DNA of 52,487 bases, counting the filler, from Sphacelaria rigidula (taxonomy: Eukaryota): NCBI GenBank assembly GCA_964200075.2. It is 4 parts of 4 records of this genome, joined end to end, with 100 filler letters (N's around TTAATTAATTAA, not from the genome) between each part and the next. Parts side by side here need not be neighbours in the genome. Positions count along the whole stretch, not along the records: positions 26,296 to 39,341 come from CAXNAA020003206.1; positions 39,442 to 52,487 come from CAXNAA020003207.1; 2 more parts are not named here. One strand, 5' to 3'. Below, one piece after another: positions 35,958-48,156 of the stretch; positions within the stretch are counted from its first letter, which is position 1, and the number at the start of each line of letters is the position of its first letter. Both the position numbers and the translations under genes were made by a program. A model generated the notes under the pieces. It worked only from the letters and a program-made list of their open reading frames with translations. It did no database searches and was not told the DNA's origin.

Positions 35958-37520
35958 GCATGAATCGTAGAGGTAGGTACATGGTTCCCAATTTTCATTC
36001 ATGCAGCATGATTCACAGGCACATGTTCCCCACCTTCTATTCATACGCCATGAATCATAGGTAGATGTTTTTCTCCTTCCATCCATACAGCATCAATTAT
36101 GTGAACATGCTCTCCACCTTCTATTCACAGGAGGTGAATCAAGCGCACGAGTTTCCCAATTTCCATTCACGCATCATGAATCATGCGTAGATGTTCTCCA
36201 CCTTCCATTAGTACGAGATGGATCAAGTAGACATGCCTCCCATTTTTCATTTATGCAGCATGAAGCCTACATTCTGTGCAAATGACAAATATCATGAGAA
36301 CAGGATCACCTGTCATTTCCTGAGGCGTGACTCCTCGGCGGCGCAGCCTTTTTGCAGGTGGGGTAGGCAAATATGAGCGTGCAGATCTCGAACGTCTTCA
36401 GAGCCAAATCTACAATAAACCCATTTTCACATCTTGTACTCAACACGACAGATAAAAAATAGTACAACACACGCGTCTGTGTGCTCAGAGCGATTCTTCT
36501 AGCTGTTCAATTTCCCGAGCTATGCTATTGACAGCTTTTGTGGTTTCATATTATGTCCTGATGCTGTACACCATACCACGAACACCTGCGAAGACAGCAC
36601 CGGCGTGAGTCGTCCCCGCATGTTCGCGGCAGTTTTCGCGACAACTCCGGCAGCGCACACTGCAGTCCGCAGACGGTACGGTGCAGCACAGAACAGCATG
36701 CACATGCCTAGAGCGATTCGTCTAGCTCTTTACTTTCCCGAGCCAAGCTATTGGCGGCTCCTCTGCGGTTTCGTGTTAAATTCTGCGGTACAGTCGGCCT
36801 GAATACATGAAACAGTACGAAGACAGACTCTGACAGCACCAGTACTGCAGGAGTCGTTCCCGTATGTTCGCGTGAGTTGTCGGAAGCACTCTTGCAGTGC
36901 CCATGGCAGTCAGCGGACAGTACAGTACATTGTAGTACAGTACAGAACAGCATAGTACTATATAATCTGTGAAGCGGACAATAGACAAAAGTAGTACGAA
37001 ATCTTCCATTGATACGGCATGAAAAATAGGTGAATGTTCCTGTTCCATCCATGCGGTAGGAATCATAGGTACATGTTCCTTACCTTCCATGCATACGAGG
37101 TGAATCAAACACACATGATCCCAAGTGAGCCCCAATTTCCTTTCATGCTGCATAAATTATACGCACGTGTTCTGTGCCTTCCATTCATACGAGGTGAATC
37201 AAGCGTACATGCTTCTTCATTTCCATTCATGCAACATGACTCATGGGTACATGTTCTGCGCCTCCCATCCGTACGAGGTGAATCAAGCGTACATGTTTCC
37301 CAAGTTCCCTTCATGCAGCATGAACCATACGTACATGTTTTCCAATTTCCATTCATGCAGCATAAATCATAGGCTCATGCTTTCTAATTTCCATTCATGC
37401 AGCGTGAATGATACGTATTTCCCACCTTTCGTGCATACGAGACGAATCAAGTGTACGTGTTATTCACCTGTGATTCATGCGACATAAACCAAGTGTATAT
37501 GTTTCCCACCGGTCATTCAT
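35958..37520 (+). repeat. Degenerate minisatellite of about 41-42 bp in two blocks (about 35958-36263 and 37018-37520)
   Basis: Recurring TGAATCA..GTACATGTT..C.A..TTCCATTCAT units. Variants ending GCAGCA and ACGAGG alternate in part of the array. Confidence 0.8.
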
Positions 37521-39194
37521 ACAGGACTTGTGATGTGTTTACATTCTGCACTCTTGATTTGTGTGACGCCACTTGGAGTATACACATTCCCAGTTCGTGA
37601 TTTGTGTGGTACGGCCTTGGACGTACAACTTTTCCACCCGTTATTCATACCGGATGCCTCTTCGGTACATTATTCGCATTCAATATTCAAGGGGAAGCGA
37701 CCCGTATGACCCCTGATTAGTTCGTAACGTTGAAGGTATTCTATCCTGACTTTCTTGAGAAGCACGTGAGACTCCACATTCCTCCGAAAGTCCCCTCTGC
37801 TGCAGTGGTCATACCATGACGATGTCGTTCTAGAGACATGGCCGTTGGAGGCGAAGCGTGAGGCATAGACGGCGCAGCACTTGATCACATCAAGGTTGGA
37901 AAGCTCTTTCCCTAGGGGTGATATCCCCCGTTACCGCGGCTCTTCGCTGCGTCTTATCTACCAAGCACAAAACCAAAGATCCCACGTAAGCGAAGGGACA
38001 CTTTTCGTTTGATTTCGCATGTTTATCGCACCATAACAATGGAGTCATCTCACTGTGTAGAAGGCGGGGTGCTTTGAGTCCTCGTGTAAGGCGATAAAGG
38101 GTGTTTGAACAAGTCTTCATGCTGATATTTAGCGACATATTGGTAGCTAGCTAGAGCTAATACGTCATCCTCGGGAAATGCACGAACGCAAGTGTGTCGC
38201 TGATATATGTCACACACGTGACTCTAACGCGCGGCACGCCTCTCAGCCCCCTCCGCTTCCCCCCTCGTTGACCTCAAAAGACATGTTTCACGTATTGGCT
38301 GAAAACTACCACGAGGGAGTGTGAAGATCTCTGCAAGCACTACATGAGCTACAGGACAACGCGTTGGCTGAACCGGTGTTTCCCTAAACCCTTTCTATAA
38401 GCGTGGCGTGCAGGAAACTCCACAAGTTAGCCGCCTCACCGTTTTGTCATTTGCGCCATCAGTTCGATATTTCTGACTCGCAGTCAACTCGTGGTAAAAT
38501 CTCTATAAAAACAGTACAGCGCATATCGTTGCCCCAAGTCTAGCAACGTACTCTCCACATATGAGCCGACTACAGTTGCAGGGGTCTGGCTACGTCTGGC
38601 AGCTGTGCTGCTTGGATTCAAGGGATTTCCCCCACATTTACTCAAGTGAAGAATTGGTGCATTACCTAACTTTCACGAATCTCTTACCCCCTGGTAAGCC
38701 GTGCATTTTTGGGAATAATCCCCCTCTCCCTCCGTTCCCTTTTCGTGAGATGGTTCGATAATCTTTCTTTTGATGCGCAGCGTGTGTGTATGTGTGCCAC
38801 ACATTTACGGGAGATGTGATGAACTGTACTCCCTCTACCCCGGACTTTTGGGACAGGGGGAGTATACCCGATGCTAGTGCATATTGTTTTTCACATATTC
38901 ACTTATTGACTTTCATGTTGATTTTTGTCCCTCGAAATATTCAAAACACTTGCATAATATACCAGCTAAGTCTAAAATAAAATGGTGTTCTCCAAATTCC
39001 TCAAACTCGATCAGTCGAATGCACTCTGACAGCGGGTCCGAGTAGCGATTTCGCAGGATTTACCCGATGGAACGTCTGATAAAATCAGAAGCGCTTTACT
39101 ATTTTTCTTAGTGTCAATATTTTAGCTCCTCCTCTTCCTCGGGACGAGTCCGTGCTCTCCAGGGGTTACCTCGTCTTTCCCCCCGCTATATGGA

Positions 39195-39280
39195 CGGTCC
39201 TCCGTCTCGAAAGGGATGCGTGGTCAACGGTCAAACAACTAAGGCAAGCGTCAGATGAGTACCCCCCCCCCCCCCCACCA
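39195..39280 (+). mobile_element. Short LINE 3'-end copy with poly-C tail
   Basis: TCCGTCTCGAAAGGGATGCGTGGTCAACGGTCAAACAACTAAGGCAAGCGTCAGATGAGTA followed by a long C run. Confidence 0.85.
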
Positions 39281-39341
39281 CATGGCACATCCCCGTCACC
39301 CAGCCCACACCCGGACGAGACGCAACACCAGACAACCCGCC

Positions 39342-39441
39342 NNNNNNNNNNNNNNNNNNNNNNNNNNNNNNNNNNNNNNNNNNNNTTAATTAATTAANNN
39401 NNNNNNNNNNNNNNNNNNNNNNNNNNNNNNNNNNNNNNNNN
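39342..39441. other. Artificial contig-join spacer
   Basis: N44-TTAATTAATTAA-N44. Confidence 0.97.
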
Positions 39442-40364
39442 TCCGTCCTGGCTTTGTAGGGATGCAAGGTCTATGGTCTTATGACTATGGCATGCATGAT
39501 CATGAGTACACCCCCCCAATCCCAAGGTATACGCAAGTGTGCATTGTGGTCATGTGAACAACCCTGCAGTTTTCTCTGGTCCCAGGTGTCTCGAGATCAG
39601 TATGAGTCACTTGCCCTCACGTTTTACAATATTTTGTTTTTCGGCCCCAATTCATTTTGAGGCAAACACAATCTGAATTCCATGTTTTCATGTGAATAAG
39701 AATGGGCACGACCCACGAAGCTAGAGACGGCAGGAGACCCGAAGCCATGACAAGAGAAGCATTGAATAATCGTAAATTTTGTACTGCAAGGTGGACGGTT
39801 CGCTGTATGCATAGACGGGCATGGTGGTATTCACTAAAAAGTACAACGCACTTGGCACTCTACAGCGCTGTGGCACCGGCAGGCGTATCGCGGCAAGGCG
39901 CGACAGCAACCATGTCTGCATGGTGAACCGGTTTCGTATCACGGAGGCGAAATGGACCATATATGAACGTTAAGGGGCAAATTGCCGAAAAAAGATCTAC
40001 CTTGTGGTTTGTGGCCACTAGAGGGGATAGTAGTCAGCGAAGTTGTTTCGGAGCGAATCCAGCTGAAATCGGTAATTGTGGTGGCTGTGTCGTCGTCCGC
40101 TTGACGCTCAGTTCTCGACCACTTGACGACGGCAAGCTGGGCAAGAACAGCTGCTGATGTTGCTACCCCAACGACTCTGCATCTACTGGTAGTCGGTGCT
40201 TACTTTCGCCTGCTGGTGCCGTGCGTATTCGCACATTCGCACATTCCTACCTATTGTTGCCGATTTCTAGCGGTGTGCATCTGTTCCTATCGATCAGAGT
40301 TGTGCCCATTGCTGTCCATTTCGGTGCTGAGCCTGTTCTCGCTTGTTGGTCGTGATGCAGGGCA

Positions 40365-40718
40365 GTGTGTGTGTTGTCGTCCCATCTATTCTGGGCGCCG
40401 GTCTACACGTTTCGGCATATGTGGGAGCAGCAGCCGGGGTCACACAGGAGGAAGGTCAACACAGGAGCTTTTTTTATTTTTTTATTTCCAGTACCCCACC
40501 TTCCTTTTGCGGTGCTTGCCTTTATTTTCTATCGCGAGAGGGGTTTGGCAGTCCCTTTCCCTCGTCGACCGTTGAGTCGAATTTTGTGTACCCACGATAC
40601 AGTCGCTCTCCGCTGTTGGGCGTTGTGTAGGAAAAAATCCCAGATCGCTCCGAGAATTGAACCCACGACCCAACCGTCAGAAGGTTTCAAGGTTACCAAC
40701 TGAGCCACCGGGGCGACC
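40365..40718 (-). mobile_element. tRNA-derived SINE (family A), second copy
   Basis: Minus-strand head GGTCGCCCCGGTGGCTCAGTTGGT...GGTTCAATTC. The body is homologous to 911-1292 (CACAGGAGGAAGGTCAA, GTCCCTTTCCCTC) and ends in a (CA)n tail. Confidence 0.75.
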
Positions 40719-41529
40719 GGTGTATTGTATCTTGTGTTTCATTCGTTGTTCTTGGTGATGGGAGCGCGGAGGTATACTCAGGGGGCGCTTTTCAGGAAGA
40801 TAGCAGAGTCATGTGTATGTACACACAGATTCCACCCGCTATGACGAAACATGAGGTTGAGCCAAAGTTGAATGGCCTTATGCCGGAAATGCTGAACTGT
40901 GTTCTTTCCTGTTACATAATATAGGAACTAGTGTTCGGCCTTCAAGTGAGCCCCGTTTCTGAAGGTGTATTACTTGAATCAAAACACCGAGGCTTGGAGT
41001 CGTGTCTGCATGTTCCTATATGCAGTAGTAAGTTGCGTCTACTTTAGTAATGTGCAAGACTCAAGAGTTATCTCAAGCTCGAAATTCCGATGCCGTTTTC
41101 GAACCAGAAACGATCATTTTGATGCTGAAAATCATTCTTGCTGATCGTATCGGCCGTATCGACGCCGAGTACGGAATATCGTAGCGGTGGGCACAGCAAG
41201 GTATAAAAGTGGCCAGAAGCAAGTTATGGTCAGAACAAATCACGTCACAATGAAAGTAGAGTCACAACTACTTCGCCATGTCGGGCCTCCGCAGGGTACA
41301 AGGCAGCTCTGGTGAATACTCGAAACTTCGCACGTGTGCGAAGCACACCTCTGGTCGTGTTCTCGCGGCCCCTTGCGATACATATTGGCGAAAGGAAGCA
41401 ACATTGCATGTTCTTGGTGAAACCGACCGACACAACTCAAGTTCTCGCCTTCATGCGCCGTGACAAAACCTCGCCGAGCGCTGTCCCAGAGAGACCACAA
41501 TCCTCGGAAAGTGTAAAAATTCAATCAGG

Positions 41530-41781
41530 GAGTCATCCTACGATAGGGGGGTGGTATTTGGTTGCACGAAAAACGAGGCTCACAAGTGTGTCCGACATCC
41601 TTCCACACTTGCGTTGGGCTTGAATTTGGTTCCAAACGGTGTCAGGCGGTATGGATGAGCGTGATTGATCCACAACAAGCTTGTTCGAACAACCCTTGCT
41701 GCTTTCAACGACAATCTGACTCAAAATTTTGAGCCAAAAATGGCCCAAAATACCCCCCGCCCCCCTATCGTAGGATGACTC
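41530..41781. mobile_element. 252-bp MITE with GAG..CTC TIRs and CAGG TSD (Sola-like)
   Basis: CAGG|GAGTCATCCTACGATAGGGGGG ... CCCCCCTATCGTAGGATGACTC|CAGG, a perfect 22-bp TIR. Same family as 3149-3401. Confidence 0.85.
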
Positions 41782-42000
41782 CAGGTTTGCACGTTTGTCA
41801 CTACGACTACAGCCCCCGCTCAAGGTGCGATAGGGACTGGATGTGAGTGAAGAATAAATGCAACTACGACACAACATGCATTCAAGTGGCTAAGTCAACC
41901 TGTCGCCGTTTTGTGCTCATGGCCTAAATATTTGTGCGCGGGCGCTCATTTGAAGTTGAGACTCCCGCTGCACTCCTGTCCGAACTACCCTCCACGGCAG

Positions 42001-45000
42001 TGGTGCTCCGGAGCGATTTGTGGACGTTATTCTTGGAGGAAATTTGGATGCCTTAAGACACGATCTGCCGGAGCTGCCGGAGCTTGACAATTTATTCGCA
42101 CCGGAGGTTTGTGCACGTTGAGACTTACACTTGTTCCAGAGTATCAGTGGCCCTGTTGTTGCGATATTTCGTGCAAACGTGCGGGCAGTGTTCACGGGGG
42201 AACATGCTGCGCTTCAAAATAAAGATTCGTTGTGTATAAGTGGATGCGTCGGGGGTGAGCACTGAGCGATCGTTTCGGGGTTGGGTGTCGGCCGCCTTCT
42301 GCATGCTCCCCAGGGACCTATTCGAGACGCAGAGCTGCTGGCCGCAGATGCTTTTGGTGCAGCCAAGACGTGGTTGCTAGCAAACGGAAGGTTGGTTATT
42401 TACTCTGCGGCATTTCGTCTGCGTTGTGACCTGCGCTGTAGTTGGTAGAAATGTCTTCATTGTCATTGTCAAGGTGTCTAGCACACTGATGAGCCTTGAC
42501 TCCGAAAAGCTCAAGCTGGCAAGGTCACAGTGAGAGAGGGTAGGACGTGTACAGCGCGCCTGAGTGCATGAACATTATACGCTCAAGTGTAACTGTCCTC
42601 GACTGACCAGCCCTTTTCTTTCTCCATGCCTGTTTTCCCAATGATCCACCAACTAGCACTTGCGGGGTGATCGCGTCGATTCTCGCCTGCGTCCAATGGC
42701 ATAAATTTCCAGCATCGCCAAGTTTCCTCGGCAATGCTGGCAGGAGCGAAGGTAGTGGAGTGGGATCGCGACCGGAGGGCCAAGGGGCAGTGGTACAGCG
42801 AAAAAGCGTTATTATCCTGCCGCGAGACGCCCACAAGTCTGCGGTGCACGCCTTAGTACTCAGCGGTGCGACTCCGTGCTTCTTGACCCCTGTGCGACAT
42901 CCTGATATTGGGAATTCTCTTGGGATCGGGACGTTGGCGTTAGAAACAGCACTTCGGGAGCATGGCGATGAAGTGAGAGCGCTGCGCCCCGTACTTGAGA
43001 TGGGTGGATAGAAAATGAACAGCATGGTAACTTCTATGAGGCAGGGCCAGCCGTTCTCTTACGGTGCGCTCATTGTTTGTATGTCACCATGTGACAAATA
43101 GTGAAGGATCGGTGATTACATTAGCTGTGTAATTCGACCTACGGAAAGCGTGGTCGAGGCTATAAAGATTCAGGTAGCTGCCGATTGCTTCGTTGTACCG
43201 ATATGGTCGTATTCTCTCCATGCCGACCTTCACTCGACACCTAAGTGCTAGAACCACTCGAGACCCTTTCCAACTGTGCGCCAAAGAACGGGGTTTACTG
43301 TAATCACGAGTGTCATTTCTACTGTCTCGGCACATTTGGTTTCGATATAAATTATGATTGACAGGCGGCCGCCGTGTTTTTGGTATCTCCAACCTATGAG
43401 GGTGCGTGCGCTGACTTGGCTCCCGCTGTGGCTTTGTGCCACGCGGCTGGCGTACCGGTCATTGTGGACGAGGCGCACGGGGCGCATCTCGCCTTTCTTG
43501 ATGTGAAGGGCGACGAGCATCCCCCGAAAGGCGAGTGGGCGACGTCATAAGTTGTGCAAATGTAACGGAATGGCCTCGGTGATCTCAAACATTGTGCTCT
43601 ACAGTAGCGCTACAGCGTATGGTATTTCAAAGGTTGCAGCTGTAAATTTCACATGTAGCGCAGCATTCAAAGATTGTACCTCGGTCTTACACGCATTATC
43701 GATTGAGCAGCGACCACCTGTCGAAGCCCCCGTGATCTTGGGTCTCTGCAAGGTGTAGGTCGACGCGCCGGAGAACAAAATGATTGACGGAAATAAACAC
43801 TAGCAGAGAACGTGGAAGTGCTGTGCGTGTGAACAGTCACTACGCCGCAGTACGTGCACCTTGAACAACATGGGCTCTTCAAACCTCGGTATCCTCTGCG
43901 CGTCAATCCAACTGTTGTCCCTGCAGGGGCACTGCAGAGCGGGGCAGATCTCGTGGTACAGAGCGCGCACAAAACTCTGGGATCGCTGACTCAGTCAGCA
44001 TTTCTGCACCTCGGCAAAGGTGAGCTGCTATGATGCCCACAGGTGCAAGAGGAATATCTACTGTAGATTGTCACGGCTATCATAATCCCTTCGGGAGTGA
44101 ACGTGGTGCATGATTCAATACTCATCGTGTGTGCGCCGATAACGACGAAACTGTGGCAAATTCGGTGAAGTTGTGTCTCGCATCGGCCTGAGTACTTGTA
44201 GCACATACCAGCCTAGGAGTATCTCACTCACCGTGCCTGTGTGCATCGTTGGAGGCAGGAATGCTGAGCGACGCGGATGGCGAAGGCGCGAGTGCTTTCT
44301 CTGCGAAGCAGGCAGTGTACGATGCTCTGGCTTTGGTACAGAGCTCAAGCCCCAACTGTGAGTACCTCTGGATCCCATGAAGGACCGCTGGAATACCGTT
44401 GGTGTCCCTCTATCACCAGGACAGGGCCGGTTGGCCAGGTGCTCTTCTCGGCAAGACATAATTCCGTATAGATGATCGACGGCTCTTGGACTACTGAATT
44501 TGATTGACGTACGTGTCCCACTTGCATGTCTGATTGATTGCCTGGTGCGTAGACCTGCTCCTGGCGTCACTCGACGCCGCCCGATGGAGCCTTGTCGGCA
44601 AGGAGAAGAGTGGCCAGCGTCGCCTAAATGAGGCGGTACAGGTGGTTCATGCGGTGCGGGAAGAAATCAGCAGCACCCAAGGTACGTTCGATATCTCAGA
44701 AGGACCGTAGCACGTAGTTCAGTGTAGCGATGCGTCCAGTAATCGATATCTTCGATTCGACATGGTGTTTCAATTCGCCCAATCCTCGATACACATTCAG
44801 CCCTACTTGCGTTTTCCGCCACATTCGTTCCGCTGATCGCGGCAGGCGTGCGTGCGCTGGAATTCGAAGGGGAGTATGATGGGGCGGTGGGGTTCGTGCG
44901 CACTGATCCGCTGCGACTGACAGTCTCATTTGATGGAGGTCTCGGGGGTTTTGAGGCTGACGAAATTCTCATCGAAGGTATGTACGTGCGAGTGATTTGC

Positions 45001-46766
45001 GGGTACTCGGTGAAGACATAGGACCAAGAGAAATGTGTTTTGAACGGAGCGCAAAAGAAGGCTTCGGGCTTCGCATATTGATCGTTGACCCTTTGTTCGG
45101 GGTGTATTTGTTCACTACTATATCCCATTATGTGTTCGTCTGTTTGTCTAAACGGGACGGTCCGTTCATCTTGATGATATTGTTAATCACTTCTGTTGTG
45201 ATGCCACCTTCTGCACTGTCCAGAGTTCGGCGTCTACGCTGAGCTTCCGGCTCCAGGTTCAATCACGTTTGCCTTTGGACCTGGGTCGACTGCCGAACAT
45301 GGGCAGGTCTTGATCAAGGCAATTCGACACCTTGCACGGTAGGTCTGCCCAATTGATGATGCATTCTTACTGTTTGTTGTTGAAGATCTGTTTTTCTGCA
45401 GCTTCCCACATTGCTGGACTTGCGATTTTGAGTCCGTGCTTCTATTGGACATGCAACGCAATCACTATTAGGCATGCTACGCAAGCACATGGCTTCTCGT
45501 CAGTGCATTCGCGCGATGACCCATGGTGAAAGCACAACCTGAATATGAAACGTGTGGCAACATCTTGATTTTGGGTTTCATCGCTGCCATTTGCAGGAAG
45601 GCGTCGAATAGGGCCGTATCAGCAGAGGCTTCTGGCTCGGCGCGGGAGCGAATAGCGCCACCAGGCGAAACGGCGATCCCCCCGAAGCAGATGTACACTC
45701 CACGGTGAGTAGTACAAAAGACACGTACGTGGTGACGATTGTATTGGCGGGGGGTACGTCTCGGATGAAGAACAAGTGAGTTCACCAACAGCGCAGCAGG
45801 TATTTTGGACTGGATAGGCAGCGCGGTCCCTCCATCCATTCGTATCACTGGGATATAGGTTCATCGGTGTTCGCCACTTGGATCTATCGTTCTCCGTATG
45901 ATGTTGAAACCATCCTTCCGATATTATGCGACAAAATATTGACTACTAAAAAGCAACGAACGCCGCTGGGGAATATATTTTTAACGATAGCGCAAGTTCA
46001 CATTCGCGGAGCTATGTGCATATTGACCCCCGCCGTTGATCACCCTCATCACCTCTTTTGGTTGCGCAACCTCATCAACTCTTCTGCTCCATTCCACCAC
46101 GTGCGAAACTGAGGAACATTGTCGGCAACCTCGTTCATTAGAGCCCTAGAGGGTGTGTCTTGATGCACTTCTCTCAGCAGCCGATGCCTAAAGAGACCTT
46201 TGAAATTCCGTGCTGTGTCTTGTGTTTTCACAACACTTGTTGTCTGTACGTTCAGGGAAGCTTATTTTTCCCCGTCCAAGATTGTCAGTGCGCACGAAGC
46301 GATTGGAATGGCCAGCGCAGAAACAGTGTGCCCCTACCCTCCGGGTGAGTGCCTATCGTTGTTCAAAGTTCAGCAAGCGGCACTCACGTAAGCGCTGAAC
46401 ACGTTCTGGGTGCCGTATGCGAAGCGGATATGATGCACTCACATGCTCTGCCCCATTTCATCGATATATCCAAGTGAAGCAATCGGAGATTCCAGGAAAA
46501 GGCACCCGAATTTGCGACTTTTGTATCAGTGGACTGCCGTGCTGAGTTGTCGCCTGCAATTTTTTCGAGGTGACTGTTCATAATGTCCCACGCGTGGACT
46601 CCGATTCTGCGCAGGTATTCCCGCGCTGCTCCCGGGAGAGGTCATCACGCAAGAGTCGTTAGATATACTGGAGGCCGTGAAGGCCGGGGGAGGGGTGGTG
46701 TCGGGGTGTACCGACCAGTCGCTTGCCACGATGCGCGTTGTAGATAGCTACTATCTGCCGGCGTAG
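42001..46766 (+). CDS. Orn/Lys/Arg decarboxylase (PLP-dependent, fold type I, prokaryote-type); 5' exon(s) not found
   Basis: Phase-consistent exons: 42001-42106, 42314-42390, 42657-42972, 43365-43530, 43927-44019, 44259-44357, 44553-44681, 44846-44977, 45224-45338, 45597-45704, 46256-46344 and 46615-46766. Motifs: DLPELPELDNLFAPEG, AFGAAKTWLLANGSTCG, PRDAHKS, SPTYEG, VDEAHGAH, VQSAHKTLGSLTQ (PLP lysine), QSSSPNYLLLASLDAAR, DPLRLT, TPREAYF and CPYPPGIPALLPGE. Confidence 0.93.
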
Positions 46767-46841
46767 CTCTGTCATAGCAATTCATGCTTGATGCAAATCC
46801 CAGGAGTCCTGGTTTCGAGCTAGATATCGGAGCAAACTTTC

Positions 46842-48156
46842 CATACCCTGTACAACTACAATAGTTGGTGGTTGTTTTTCAGACCATTACGAGTAACTGT
46901 TCAGAATTGTGTGCAACTCGTTGTTTGGAACCAACTAGTTGTTCAAAATCGTGCGCAACTAGTTGGTTCCAAACAACTGTTCAGAATCGTATGCAACTAG
47001 TTGCCTGGAAACAAGTACCAGGTAGTTGGTCGACAAGCAACTAACTTTAGTTGGCTATAGCTGGAAAAAATGAAAATGCCGTATAGTAGTGGTGTGAACT
47101 CGTATCTGTGCAGGACAGGAGGTGGGCCAGAAAGATCATGCCGACCTATCCCTGGATGGAGGAAAAGACAGAAGCATGTGGTGTACTGCAAAGCAAAGGC
47201 ATATACGCCATTCGGGGCGCGAGCATGGCACATTCAAGGTTCAGGCTTCACTGCTGTTTCATGTATGCATCACGTCCAACTGGCTTGATCAATTACGGTT
47301 TCCCTCCAACATCGAAACACCAGTACGTTTGGTGGACACCATCTGCTGCTGTTGCTGGTGTAGGGGCGGCTGGTGGCACAGACGCAATTTGGTGCACTTG
47401 ATCTCTCGTGAGTGTTTGTGTGTGTGCGTGGGGTGCTCACATGTTTATGCGTCAGCTCGATCTCCACCGACGATCTAATTGTATTTGTTTCACGATGTTG
47501 ACAACTACCCAAGCCACCAAACCACTACTTGTTCAGAATCGTGTGCAACTACTTGTTTCCAACCAACTAACTGTTCAGGATCGTGTGCAACTAGTTGCTT
47601 TCAAACGAGGGGACCCGAGGAAATGTACGTAAACGATGGTTGGTACTACGCAGATGCCGCCAACACTAACGCTCACCCTAACCCTAACCCCGACCAAGGC
47701 ATACCGAGAGCCCTCGGGGAAAGGGGGTGTAAAGTGTTCCCTAGGCAAAGAGTGCGTTGCCACAGCTCAAATCGACGCCTTGCAGCCGATTTTGGACCAA
47801 AACACGTCCTGGACGAGCTGGGTCTGCTGCTCGCCACTGCTCACCTGCCTCAGACCATGAATTTTCTCATAACTTTCTTCAGTATGAAATCAAGTATAAT
47901 CGAGTACCAACCATTTTTTACGTGCATTTGGTAAGGTCTACTGTTTCAAACTACTGTTTCAAAATCATGCGCAACCACTTGCTTCAAAACAACTACGAAT
48001 ACTCTTTCAGAATCGAGTGTAATTAGTTGTTTCCAAACAACTAATCCATCAGGATCGTGCGCAACTAGTTGTTTGGAAACATCTAGCCGGCAGTTGGTCG
48101 ATAACTAACTAACTAACTAACCAACTTAGTTGTTAGTCATCGTTGTACAGGGTGTG
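46842..48156. mobile_element. Non-autonomous hAT-like element with subterminal repeats
   Basis: TIRs CATACCCTGTACAAC and GTTGTACAGGGTGTG. Near-perfect 8-bp TSD AAACTTTC/AAACTTTT. Repeated TCAGAATCGTGTGCAACTAGTTG units occur near both ends and internally. Confidence 0.7.
47612..47938. mobile_element. MITE nested in the hAT-like element
   Basis: Imperfect inverted termini GACC-N5-AAATGTACGTAAACGATGGTTGGTACT and AGTACCAACCATTTTTTACGTGCATTT-N5-GGTC. Internal CCCTAACCCTAACCC. Confidence 0.6.

Noticed and set aside
35958..37520. CRISPR-like periodicity
   Set aside because: The units are degenerate tandem copies without unique spacers. There are no cas genes and the context is eukaryotic.
47676..47690. 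CCCTAACCCTAACCC telomere-like motif
   Set aside because: Only two units, inside a MITE. It is not a chromosome end.
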